32,520 bases of DNA from Verrucomicrobiota bacterium (GTDB lineage Bacteria > Verrucomicrobiota > Verrucomicrobiia > Limisphaerales > CANJXF01). A program made the translations under genes and the position numbers. How positions within the stretch are numbered: position 1 is the first letter of the stretch; the number at the start of each line of letters is the position of its first letter. The stretch spans positions 1 to 32,520 of the forward strand of contig JBBQRQ010000055.1 in assembly GCA_038214755.1 (NCBI GenBank), read 5' to 3'. The notes below the pieces were generated by a model. The model had not been told where the DNA came from. It searched no databases and was given only the letters and a program-made list of their open reading frames with translations. Below, one piece after another: positions 9,560-17,621 of this stretch.

Positions 9560-9618
9560 ACGCAAAGACGCAGAGGAAAGAGTTTTGTTTTTACTCTGCG
9601 TCTCTGCGTCTCCGCGTT
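9559..9618. repeat. Short inverted GACGCAGA-type tandem repeat hairpin
   Basis: AACGCAAAGACGCAGAG (9559-9575) pairs with CTCTGCGTCTCTGCGTCTCCGCGTT (9594-9618). Confidence 0.7.
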
Positions 9619-9626
9619 GAATTAAA

Positions 9627-10334
9627 ATGTTAGAAGTTAAAAATTTAACAGTGAACTACGGCGCAATTTCCGCGCTACACGGGATTTCCTTGTCGGTCAA
9701 GAAAGGTGACATCGTCACACTTATCGGCGGTAATGGCGCGGGCAAAACTACCACGCTTCGAACCGTCTCCGGACTGTTAAAACCAAAAGAAGGCGAGGTG
9801 ATTTACGACGGGCAGGACATCACCAAATTTCCTGCTCACAAAATCGTCGCCGCCGGATTGTCGCACGTTCCCGAAGGCCGAATGATTTTTGCCAATCTCA
9901 CGGTTTTGGAAAATTTGAAAATGGGCGCGTTTCTCCAACGCGACAAAGATGTTGTCGCGAAAGAACTCGATTATGTTTTCAGCATTTTTCCGCGCCTCAA
10001 AGAACGCGCGAAACAAATCGCCGGAACGCTTTCGGGCGGGGAACAACAGATGCTGGCCATCGGTCGCGCGTTGATGAGTAAACCAAAGTTTTTGATGTTG
10101 GATGAACCCTCCCTCGGCATCGCTCCAATTTTGGTAAAAACAATTTTTGAAAAGATCGTGGAAATAAATCGCGAACGCGGCATAACGATTTTGTTAGTCG
10201 AACAAAATGCGAATCTGGCGCTCGAAATTTCGCGCTACGGCTATGTGTTGGAAACCGGGCGAATTATTTTGCAGGACGACGCGGCAGCGTTGCGCGCCAA
10301 TCCAAAAGTGAAGAGTGCTTATTTAGGCGGATAA
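9627..10334 (+). CDS. livF: Branched-chain amino acid ABC ATPase
   Basis: GGNGAGKTT, HVPEGRMIF, LSGGEQQMLAIGRALM, LDEPSLG. Confidence 0.93.
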   Translation: MLEVKNLTVNYGAISALHGISLSVKKGDIVTLIGGNGAGKTTTLRTVSGLLKPKEGEVIYDGQDITKFPAHKIVAAGLSHVPEGRMIFANLTVLENLKMGAFLQRDKDVVAKELDYVFSIFPRLKERAKQIAGTLSGGEQQMLAIGRALMSKPKFLMLDEPSLGIAPILVKTIFEKIVEINRERGITILLVEQNANLALEISRYGYVLETGRIILQDDAAALRANPKVKSAYLGG

Positions 10335-10384
10335 CAGTCGAAGCCGAACGGAGAGGCGTCACCGAGCCTCGAACTCCACTCCGG

Positions 10385-10588
10385 TTAGTTACCAGGTTTC
10401 TCAGGTGAATCATTTAAAATCATCGCTGGCGAATTGTGGCGCTCCACTTCGTGGTAACGATTGATTTGCTCCTGATATTTCTTTTGCTCCTCCAACATGA
10501 AGGCAAAAAATCGATCAAGGTCATGACCACATTCGGCAGAAATCTCGTGGCGAACTTTCCGAATATCTTCGAGGGCGACGTCTTTCAT
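10385..10588 (-). CDS. Small helical hypothetical protein, probable antitoxin partner of the PIN protein
   Basis: 67 aa starting MKDVALEDIRKVRHEISAECGHDLDRFF; ATGA overlap (10585-10588) with the PIN gene. Confidence 0.65.
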   Translation of the reverse strand: MKDVALEDIRKVRHEISAECGHDLDRFFAFMLEEQKKYQEQINRYHEVERHNSPAMILNDSPEKPGN

Positions 10589-11058
10589 GGTTTCTCTCCT
10601 AAAATCTCCAGCGGCGTTAATATGGTTGGCGTTCGCATATGCAGCAAATCATTGACGCGTTTAATGTGACCGAATTTGTGTGCGTTCGCAAGGTGGGCAC
10701 AATTCCAAGTGACCAGGTAATCGCACTGGTGAAATGAAGCCAGGGCAAGATGCAAAGCGTCTCCGAGTGGGTCTCTTGGCATCAGCAAATGCTTCAAATA
10801 TATCGCAACCATTTCTTTGATTTGCCCATTAATTTCCACCTCGGGAAATGAAAGCGCCAAACCATGCGCCTTATCCTTATGCGGTTTGTTGCCTCGCGAT
10901 AATTCCGTTAAAACCGCTGGGCTTGTGACCATGAAGTATTCCGTTCGCAATTCGTCAATCAACTGGCGCGACCAATTCCTGCGTGCGACGATTTCGGATT
11001 GCGGCCGATCATCATAGTAAAAACTGAAAATCGTCGTTTCGAGATAAGTTTTTTCCAT
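10585..11058 (-). CDS. PIN-domain (VapC-like) ribonuclease
   Basis: PIN acidic motifs YLETTIFSF, VLTEL, DALHLALA and DYLVTWNCAHLAN. Confidence 0.85.
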   Translation of the reverse strand: MEKTYLETTIFSFYYDDRPQSEIVARRNWSRQLIDELRTEYFMVTSPAVLTELSRGNKPHKDKAHGLALSFPEVEINGQIKEMVAIYLKHLLMPRDPLGDALHLALASFHQCDYLVTWNCAHLANAHKFGHIKRVNDLLHMRTPTILTPLEILGEKP

Positions 11059-11075
11059 GCTGAATTACAAGGTGG

Positions 11076-12077
11076 TTACACGTTCACCATCTCCGCATCT
11101 TTCGGAACATCTTTCAAAATTTGTTCGATGATGAGGTCGGTCGTGACACCTTCGGCTTCCGCTTCGAAATTTAAAATCAACCGATGACGCAATGCGGCTG
11201 CGGCCACGGCTTGAATGTCGTCGAAGCTGACGTTGAAACGGCCATGCGTCAGCGCGCGAACTTTCGCGCCGAGAATCAACGTCTGTCCACCGCGCGGACT
11301 GCTCCCGAAACGCAAATATTGATTTGCAATCGGCGCCGCGGTTTCGCTTTTCGGATGCGTCGCCAGCACCAGGCGCACGGCGTAATCTTTCACATGCGAT
11401 GCGACCGGCACCTGGCGCACGAGCGTTTGCAATTCAAGAATTTCTTCCTTGGTCAGAACACGACCGATTTGCGGTTTCGCGCTTTCGGTCGTGCGCGTCA
11501 GAACTTCGGTTAATTCTTTCGCGTTCGGATAACCCACAATCAGCTTGAAGAAAAATCGGTCGAGTTGCGCTTCGGGCAATGGATACGTTCCTTCCTGATC
11601 GATTGGATTTTGCGTGGCGAGAACGAAAAATGGTTCACCCAATTTGCGAATCTCGCCGCCAGCCGTAACACTTTTTTCCTGCATCGCTTCGAGCATGGCG
11701 GATTGCGTCTTTGGCGTGGCGCGATTGATTTCGTCGGCAAGAAGCAAGTGCGCGAAAATCGGGCCGCGTTGAAAAACAAATTCGCGTTTTCCACCGGGCG
11801 TTTCCATGACGATATTCGTGCCGAGGATGTCGGCGGGCATGAGATCAGGCGTGAATTGAATGCGATTGAAACTCATGTCGAGCACTTCGCTGAGCGTGCG
11901 GACGAGCAGCGTTTTACCGAGGCCGGGCACGCCTTCGAGCAACACATGTCCGCCGCTGAAGATTGCAATCAAAGTCCCTTCAACAATCGCGTCGTGGCCG
12001 ACGATGACTTTTGCGATTTCAGCGCGGAGAGCTTCGTAGCCTTTGCGGAAGGATTGAATTTTTTCTTCTGTGTTCAT
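11076..12077 (-). CDS. MoxR family AAA+ ATPase
   Basis: HVLLEGVPGLGKT, RIQFTPDLMPADILG, LLADEINRATPKTQSAMLEAMQE, ATQNPIDQEGTYPLPEAQLDRF. Confidence 0.95.
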   Translation of the reverse strand: MNTEEKIQSFRKGYEALRAEIAKVIVGHDAIVEGTLIAIFSGGHVLLEGVPGLGKTLLVRTLSEVLDMSFNRIQFTPDLMPADILGTNIVMETPGGKREFVFQRGPIFAHLLLADEINRATPKTQSAMLEAMQEKSVTAGGEIRKLGEPFFVLATQNPIDQEGTYPLPEAQLDRFFFKLIVGYPNAKELTEVLTRTTESAKPQIGRVLTKEEILELQTLVRQVPVASHVKDYAVRLVLATHPKSETAAPIANQYLRFGSSPRGGQTLILGAKVRALTHGRFNVSFDDIQAVAAAALRHRLILNFEAEAEGVTTDLIIEQILKDVPKDAEMVNV

Positions 12078-12128
12078 GTTAAAATTCCATTCGTAGAAGC
12101 CGACCTTCGAATACTTTTCTCCTTATTG

Positions 12129-12377
12129 TCATTTTATTCCGCCCACCGCCGCGGCGATGGTCGCTCCTAAATATCCCGCTGCGCCAATGACTCCCACCGC
12201 GGTTCCGACGTCGCGATCAACCATTCCTCCTCGCTGTTGCTTCTCCCATTCCTCCTGGGTCAGCGTGAACGTCTGGCATCCAGCGCATCCCAGCATCACG
12301 GTCGTCAACAAAACCGCTGCCCCGACCAATTTCCCAGTTGGCACTTTGAAATCCAGGTTCACTGAAATGGCTCTCAT
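12129..12377 (-). CDS. Small hypothetical lipoprotein-like protein with Gly/Ala-rich C-terminal hydrophobic helix
   Basis: Hydrophobic stretch ending LGCAGC, then GTAVGVIGAAGYLGATIAAAVGG; co-oriented with moxR. Start uncertain (12377 or 12395). Confidence 0.55.
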   Translation of the reverse strand: MRAISVNLDFKVPTGKLVGAAVLLTTVMLGCAGCQTFTLTQEEWEKQQRGGMVDRDVGTAVGVIGAAGYLGATIAAAVGGIK

Positions 12378-12482
12378 AACCTTCGACTCCTGCAATTTTG
12401 TCGGATGCTACTGAAACAAGTTTGAAAAACCAGCCCGATTGCAAATCGCATTATTCGCCGCGAACAGTCGCTGGCTTGCCAC

Positions 12483-12511
12483 TTGCCGAGTTATAGGTCG
12501 GCTGCTATTTT
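12483..12511 (+). promoter_or_regulatory. Putative promoter giving a leaderless transcript
   Basis: TTGCCG (12483-12488), 17 nt ending TGc, TATTTT (12506-12511), then 6 nt to the GTG start at 12518. Confidence 0.5.
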
Positions 12512-12517
12512 TCGGCC

Positions 12518-12763
12518 GTGAAGCTGGTGAATTTAGATGCAGCCATTAACAAACAACCATTCCGAGCCTTTGAAATTCGTGTTGACCGCGAGGTCATCGT
12601 AGTGCGGCATCCCGAACAGCTTGTTTTCGCAGAAGGCAAAACCACGTTGATCGTGGTCGATCCGCAAGATCACGCGCATATTCTCGATGTCGATCAAATC
12701 AGCAAAATCCGTCTTCTCCCGCGCCGAAGTTCCAACACACCAGAATCGCGTCGGTCGGAATGA
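12518..12763 (+). CDS. Small hypothetical beta-rich protein
   Basis: QPFRAFEIRVDREVIVVRHPEQL resembles a small uncharacterised PVC-superphylum family; ATGA overlap with the next gene at 12760-12763. Confidence 0.65.
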   Translation: MKLVNLDAAINKQPFRAFEIRVDREVIVVRHPEQLVFAEGKTTLIVVDPQDHAHILDVDQISKIRLLPRRSSNTPESRRSE

Positions 12764-14124
12764 ACTTGCACATTCCAGCAGGAGTGAAGTGGATTTTGGT
12801 CTCCGTAATATTTTTGTCTGGCCAAAACTTGTTGGCGGAAGATTGGCCGCAATTTCTCGGCCCCAATCGCAATGACATTTCTGCGGAGACTGGATTGCTT
12901 GAAAAATTTCCCACGAACGGCCCACCGCTGGTTTGGGAAAAAAAAATCGGCACAGGTTACAGCGCGCCATCGGTTCGGGGAAATAAATTGGTTTTGTTTC
13001 ATCGCGTCGGCGCAAATGAAGTTGTCGAGTGCGTGGTCGCCATCAATGGAAAACCAATCTGGCAATTTGCCTATCCGAGTAGTTTCCAGGACCCATACGG
13101 TTACAACAACGGGCCGCGTTGCACTCCGCTGCTCTCCTCAGATTTTTGTTACACCTTCGGCGCGGAAGGAATGTTGACTTGCCTCGATTTAAAAACGGGA
13201 AAATTAATCTGGCAGCGCAACACCGCCAAGGAGTGGGAAATCCCAGAGGCATTTTTCGGGGTCGGGAGCACGCCGGTGCTCGAAGAAAATATTTTGATCG
13301 TGATGGTCGGCGGACAACCCAATGCCGGCGTGGTGGGGCTGGACGCGAAAACTGGAAAAACAATTTGGGAAAGTGTTGGCGAAAAAAACTGGACGGGCGC
13401 GCCCATGACCGGCTGGCCGGGCGACCGCAAAGTGGAATGGCGTCGCTACGAAAAACAAGCCAGCTACGCCACGCCGGTTCTCGCGACCGTGAATGGAAAG
13501 CGCACTGCGTTTTGTTTGATGCGGCAGGGCTTGGTTTCACTCAATCCCAAAACCGGCGAACTGTTCGACAGCTTTTGGTTTCGCGCGCGCGTCGATGACT
13601 CGGTCAACGCGGCAAATCCTGTCGTGGTGAGCAACGAAGTTTTTATTTCCAGCGCCTATTACAAGAGCGGCGGGGTTTTGTTGAAGGTCAAACCGGCGAA
13701 CCAAAAGTTTCAAGAAGTTTGGCGTAATCTTGTTTTGGAAATACATTTCACCACGCCGATTTTTCACAACGGTCTTCTCTACGCGTTCAGCGGTCGCAAC
13801 GAACCCGACGCGCATTTCCGCTGCGTGGAATTTTCGAGCGGCAAACTGATGTGGGATCGCGACGAACATTGGTCCGCGCATAGCGCCGCGCAGCCGAATG
13901 TCTATGGACGCGGGTCCTGTATTCTGGCCGATGGAAAATTAATCGTTCTCGGCGAGGGCGGTTTGCTCGGCCTGTTCAAATTGAACTCAAAAAAGGACGA
14001 AGAAATTTCCCGCTGGCAAGTTCCGCAACTGCATTATCCAACCTGGGCCGCGCCCGTTCTCGCCAATAAAAAACTTTATTTGCGGAGCGAGGACCGTTTG
14101 GTTTGTCTCGATTTGAACCGCTAG
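12760..14124 (+). CDS. Secreted PQQ-binding-like beta-propeller repeat protein (BamB-like fold)
   Basis: Signal peptide then EDWPQFLGPNRN, GYSAPSV, repeated CLDLKTGKLIW / GLDAKTGKTIW blades, WAAPVLANKKLYLRSEDRLVCLDL. Confidence 0.9.
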   Translation: MNLHIPAGVKWILVSVIFLSGQNLLAEDWPQFLGPNRNDISAETGLLEKFPTNGPPLVWEKKIGTGYSAPSVRGNKLVLFHRVGANEVVECVVAINGKPIWQFAYPSSFQDPYGYNNGPRCTPLLSSDFCYTFGAEGMLTCLDLKTGKLIWQRNTAKEWEIPEAFFGVGSTPVLEENILIVMVGGQPNAGVVGLDAKTGKTIWESVGEKNWTGAPMTGWPGDRKVEWRRYEKQASYATPVLATVNGKRTAFCLMRQGLVSLNPKTGELFDSFWFRARVDDSVNAANPVVVSNEVFISSAYYKSGGVLLKVKPANQKFQEVWRNLVLEIHFTTPIFHNGLLYAFSGRNEPDAHFRCVEFSSGKLMWDRDEHWSAHSAAQPNVYGRGSCILADGKLIVLGEGGLLGLFKLNSKKDEEISRWQVPQLHYPTWAAPVLANKKLYLRSEDRLVCLDLNR

Positions 14125-14180
14125 AAAATTCGGTGGAAAACTGACGAAAAATTTTTTGGCGGCGTGGAGAATTTATAAAT

Positions 14181-14253
14181 CGTAGCCGCCGACGTGAGGA
14201 GGCGGATTTGTGGTTTATCAGCCGAAATCCGCCTCCTCACGTCGGCGGCTACG
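14181..14253. repeat. REPIN-like element, family B, copy 1, between convergent genes
   Basis: Perfect 29-bp inverted repeat CGTAGCCGCCGACGTGAGGAGGCGGATTT (14181-14209 / 14225-14253). Confidence 0.9.
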
Positions 14254-14259
14254 GGCGGC

Positions 14260-15522
14260 TCACGGCACTTCGAGGTTTTCTTCTTTTCGCCCGGCGATGA
14301 CGGGCGCAGCGGATTTTTTTCGCGGGTCACGGAAGAAAATCAAGAAAATCACCAGCACGGCCACCGCGCCCCACGCTGGGTAAATCCAGATGGCATGCCA
14401 GTCGTGCGCGATGTCGCCGAGGGGCTGTTTGAGCGTGTGTGCTGCCTGTGAATTTCCGGCGAGACGAGTCCCGACAAATGCGCCCACACCCCAAAGGATA
14501 AAGGCAATCAAACCTTGCGCCGCGCCGCGCATCCGCTCGTTCGCTTCGTCATCTACATAAAGTTGTCCCGCGATGAAAAGGAAATCGTAGCAAACGCCGT
14601 GAAGCAAAATTGCCGCGAAGACAAACGCGGTTTGCAGCGAGGCGGCGTCCACGCTTCCGGCCAGCAAAAAATAACGCGCCGCCCAGGAGAGAATGCCGAT
14701 GAAAATAGTTTTTTTGTAGCCAAGCGTTTTCAGCATCAGTGGCAGCAGAATCAAAAAAATTACGTCCGACACCTGGGCCAACGACATTTTTGCCGCTGAA
14801 TATTTCCATCCCAGTTCAGTGACATACAGGTTCATGTTCACGAAATAAAAATAGAGCGGGATGCAGATGAGGAACATGCAAGCAATGAAGATGGCGAACG
14901 AAGGTTTTTTCAAAAGTGCGAGCGCGTCGAGGCCGAGAATCTCGCCGAGACGAACATCTTTGCCGGTTTTCTTCGGCGGCGTGTGCGGAAGGGTGAGCGA
15001 GAATAATCCCAGCGCGATCGACACCGCGCCCGCCAGATAAAATTGGACGGCGGATTGTTCTCCCTTGAACACGAGGCTCAACGTCACCCCGCCCGCGATC
15101 CAACCCACCGCCGAAAGTGTTTTGATAAGTGGAAAGTCGCGCTTCGGGTTGGCCAGATGATGGAGCGAGAGCGAATTGCCGAGCGCCAATGTCGGAACAT
15201 ACGAAGCGCAATAAAGAATCAGCATCGGATAAAAAGAACTGAACGTCGTCAGCTTCGGCATCAGGAACATCAAGCCGCCTCCCGCGATGCCGAGAACAGC
15301 GAGGATTTTTTCCGAAGCGAAATACCGGTCGGCGATCAAGCCCACGAAAAACGGGGAGATCATCGCGCCGATGGCGAACGCGCCGTAAGCCAGACCGATT
15401 TGCCCGCCTTCAAATTTCAGCGTCTTGCCCAGGTAAGTGGCCATGCTGACATACCACGAGCCCCAAATAAAATATTGCAGGAACATGAAGAAGGAGAGTT
15501 TGGCTTTGAGTTGGGTTTGCAT
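14260..15522 (-). CDS. MFS transporter, nucleoside:H+ symporter (NupG/XapB-like)
   Basis: LSFFMFLQYFIWGSWYV, ISPFFVGLIADRYFASEK, LTLPHTPP, LHGVCYDFLFIAGQLYVD. The real start is the ATG at 15522; the ORF-track extension overlaps the tRNA. Confidence 0.88.
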   Translation of the reverse strand: MQTQLKAKLSFFMFLQYFIWGSWYVSMATYLGKTLKFEGGQIGLAYGAFAIGAMISPFFVGLIADRYFASEKILAVLGIAGGGLMFLMPKLTTFSSFYPMLILYCASYVPTLALGNSLSLHHLANPKRDFPLIKTLSAVGWIAGGVTLSLVFKGEQSAVQFYLAGAVSIALGLFSLTLPHTPPKKTGKDVRLGEILGLDALALLKKPSFAIFIACMFLICIPLYFYFVNMNLYVTELGWKYSAAKMSLAQVSDVIFLILLPLMLKTLGYKKTIFIGILSWAARYFLLAGSVDAASLQTAFVFAAILLHGVCYDFLFIAGQLYVDDEANERMRGAAQGLIAFILWGVGAFVGTRLAGNSQAAHTLKQPLGDIAHDWHAIWIYPAWGAVAVLVIFLIFFRDPRKKSAAPVIAGRKEENLEVP

Positions 15523-15637
15523 AGTTGGATTGGCGACGAAGCTAGGAAAAATAATTGTCGGCGAGAAGAAGATAATTAATTTGGAGCACGCAAAAAGGTC
15601 TGGGAAAAAACGAGTGGGAAATTTCCAAACAAAAAAA

Positions 15638-15714
15638 TGGTCGGAGCGACAGGATTTGAACCTGCGACGTCTTGCTCCCAAAGCAAGTGCTCTACCAGGC
15701 TGAGCTACGCTCCG
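15638..15714 (-). tRNA. tRNA-Pro(UGG)
   Basis: Reverse complement is CGGAGCGTAGCTCAGCCTGGTAGAGCACTTGCTTTGGGAGCAAGACGTCGCAGGTTCAAATCCTGTCGCTCCGACCA. Anticodon stem CTTGC/GCAAG with TGG, T-loop GTTCAAATC, encoded CCA. Confidence 0.97.
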
Positions 15715-15784
15715 TCACCGAAGGAGCAAATCATTGCACAAGTTTTTCTCAACGCAATGTCTTTCCTGCAACTCGCATTCGCCA

Positions 15785-15898
15785 AAGGGAAAGGAGCGCG
15801 GACGTTCTTCGTCCGCGTGAATGAGGCGCGTGAAAACGCTCAGGTTTTTTTCTCATTTTGAAACTCGCGGACGAAGAACGTCCGCGCTCCTTTCCCTT
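15785..15898. repeat. REPIN-like element with GGAG-type arms
   Basis: Perfect 33-bp inverted repeat AAGGGAAAGGAGCGCGGACGTTCTTCGTCCGCG (15785-15817 / 15866-15898); each arm contains its own hairpin. Confidence 0.9.
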
Positions 15899-15961
15899 CG
15901 CTTACTACGCCGACGCCCTTTGCGCTAGACGCATCCCGGCACCGTGCTAGTCTATCGCGGT

Positions 15962-17191
15962 ATGTCAATCGCAGCGCCAGCCGCGCCGAAAAAAATCAAC
16001 CTGCGCCGCCCGGAAATTATGGAGGCGGTGCAAGCCCAGGTGCTTTCCCATTACCGCAGTGAACTCGTCGAACGCATTCGCGCCAAAGGTCACGTGCTGT
16101 CCGCCGACGGTTTGCTCTCGGTCAAACTCGCCAAGGAATTTGGTTTTTGTTACGGAGTTGAGCGCGCCATTGACCTTGCGTATGCCGCGCGAAAATCATT
16201 TCCGGCCGACAAACCGATTTATCTTCTGGGCGAAATCATTCATAACCCGGAGGTCAACGACCAGATTCGCAATCTTGGAATTCTCACCATTTCTCCCAAG
16301 CCGACCGACGAAGAACTGGCGCGTTTGCAAAAGGACGACGTTGTCATCATCCCTGCGTTTGGAACCCAAGTGGCCACTCGCGCGAAACTTGAGGAGATGG
16401 GCTGTCAACTGGTGGACACCACTTGCGGCGACGTGATGAGTGTTTGGAAACGCGTGCGCCAATATTCCAAAGATTCCGTCACGAGCATCATTCACGGCAA
16501 AGCGCGCCACGAAGAAACCAAGGCGACTACCTCACAAGCCACCGCGTATGGCAGCGGACATTACCTCGTTGTTTTCACTCTCGCGGAAACCGATTGCGTT
16601 TGTGATTACATTCTTCACGGCGGAAACAAACAGGAATTTCTCGAAAAATTTAAAGGCGCGTGCTCCGAAGGTTTTGACCCCGACGTGCATTTGTCCGCCG
16701 TGGGCGTGGCGAATCAAACGACGATGTTGCGCGGCGAAACCGAAGAAGTGCAGCGCCGTTTGAAAAACGCCATGATCAAAAAATATGGCGAGAGCGAGAT
16801 CGACAAACACTTTCGTTTCTTCGACACGATTTGCGGCGCGACGCAAGATCGCCAGGACGCGCTCGAAAAACTTTTGCGCGAGCCGATGGATTTATTGCTC
16901 GTCATCGGCGGCTACAATTCCTCCAACACTTCTCATCTCGCGGAAATGGGCGAAGCAAAGTTGCCCACCTACTTCATAAAAAATGCGGCGATGATGGTTT
17001 CCGATAAATTGATTCGCCATTGGAATCAACATATTCACGAGGAAATCGAAACGGAAAACTGGTTGCCCGCCGGGAAAATTACGGTCGGCATTACTGCCGG
17101 AGCGTCCTGCCCGAACAATTTGATCGAAGATGCCATTCGCCGTCTGTTTCAACTGCGCGGTGTTTCCGTTCAGGAATTGCTAACCAATTAA
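15962..17191 (+). CDS. ispH: 4-hydroxy-3-methylbut-2-enyl diphosphate reductase (long form)
   Basis: FGFCYGVERAI, EIIHNPEVN, IIPAFG, VDTTCGDV, ANQTTM, DTICGATQDRQ, GGYNSSNT, GITAGASCP. Confidence 0.95.
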   Translation: MSIAAPAAPKKINLRRPEIMEAVQAQVLSHYRSELVERIRAKGHVLSADGLLSVKLAKEFGFCYGVERAIDLAYAARKSFPADKPIYLLGEIIHNPEVNDQIRNLGILTISPKPTDEELARLQKDDVVIIPAFGTQVATRAKLEEMGCQLVDTTCGDVMSVWKRVRQYSKDSVTSIIHGKARHEETKATTSQATAYGSGHYLVVFTLAETDCVCDYILHGGNKQEFLEKFKGACSEGFDPDVHLSAVGVANQTTMLRGETEEVQRRLKNAMIKKYGESEIDKHFRFFDTICGATQDRQDALEKLLREPMDLLLVIGGYNSSNTSHLAEMGEAKLPTYFIKNAAMMVSDKLIRHWNQHIHEEIETENWLPAGKITVGITAGASCPNNLIEDAIRRLFQLRGVSVQELLTN

Positions 17192-17197
17192 AACATT

Positions 17198-17410
17198 ATG
17201 ATGTTTCACGTAACATTTGAAAAAGCGGAGGATGAGTGGATTGCGGCTGAGTGCCCCGCGCTTCCTGGTTGTGTCTCGCAGGGGCGCGATGAAAAAGAAG
17301 CGGCGGAAAATATCAAAGAAGCCATAACCGCGTGGTTGTGGGCGGAAGATCAAAAAGCGGTTTCCAATCTCAAGGACCAATCATCGCGACCAGTTCTTGT
17401 TGCTGTTTAA
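17198..17410 (+). CDS. hicB: HicB-family antitoxin (short UPF0150 type)
   Basis: FHVTFEKAEDEWIAAECPALPGCVSQGRDEKEAAENIKEAI. Confidence 0.88.
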   Translation: MMFHVTFEKAEDEWIAAECPALPGCVSQGRDEKEAAENIKEAITAWLWAEDQKAVSNLKDQSSRPVLVAV

Positions 17411-17411
17411 C

Positions 17412-17589
17412 ATGGGCAGGCAAAAGATGGCCATGGAACGCCGATCTCCTGATCGGCATTGGAACGCTTCATATTTTCTGCAAGGCCGATCAGGAGATCG
17501 GCGTTCCGTTACTTTGCGAGAAATTAAGATGCGCCCCTTTGACTTGTAATTCCGGTTTGACTGTTGAGCAATTTCTCGAACTGCTTTAA
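17412..17589 (+). pseudogene. hicA: Probable disrupted hicA toxin gene
   Basis: ATG GGC AGG starts 1 nt after the hicB stop. A HicA-like C-terminus NSGLTVEQFLELL* lies in another frame, and the middle is occupied by repeats. Confidence 0.6.
17435..17507. repeat. REPIN-like element inside the hicA remnant
   Basis: Perfect 23-bp inverted repeat GGAACGCCGATCTCCTGATCGGC (17435-17457 / 17485-17507). Confidence 0.88.
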
Positions 17590-17621
17590 CAACCGTTGTC
17601 AAAAAATTTACTGAATCTCTC

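Noticed and set aside
15523..15714. tRNA-Pro as an integration site for an island
   Set aside because: There is no integrase and I saw no duplicated tRNA 3' end. The ORF-track N-terminal extension of the MFS gene over the tRNA is spurious.
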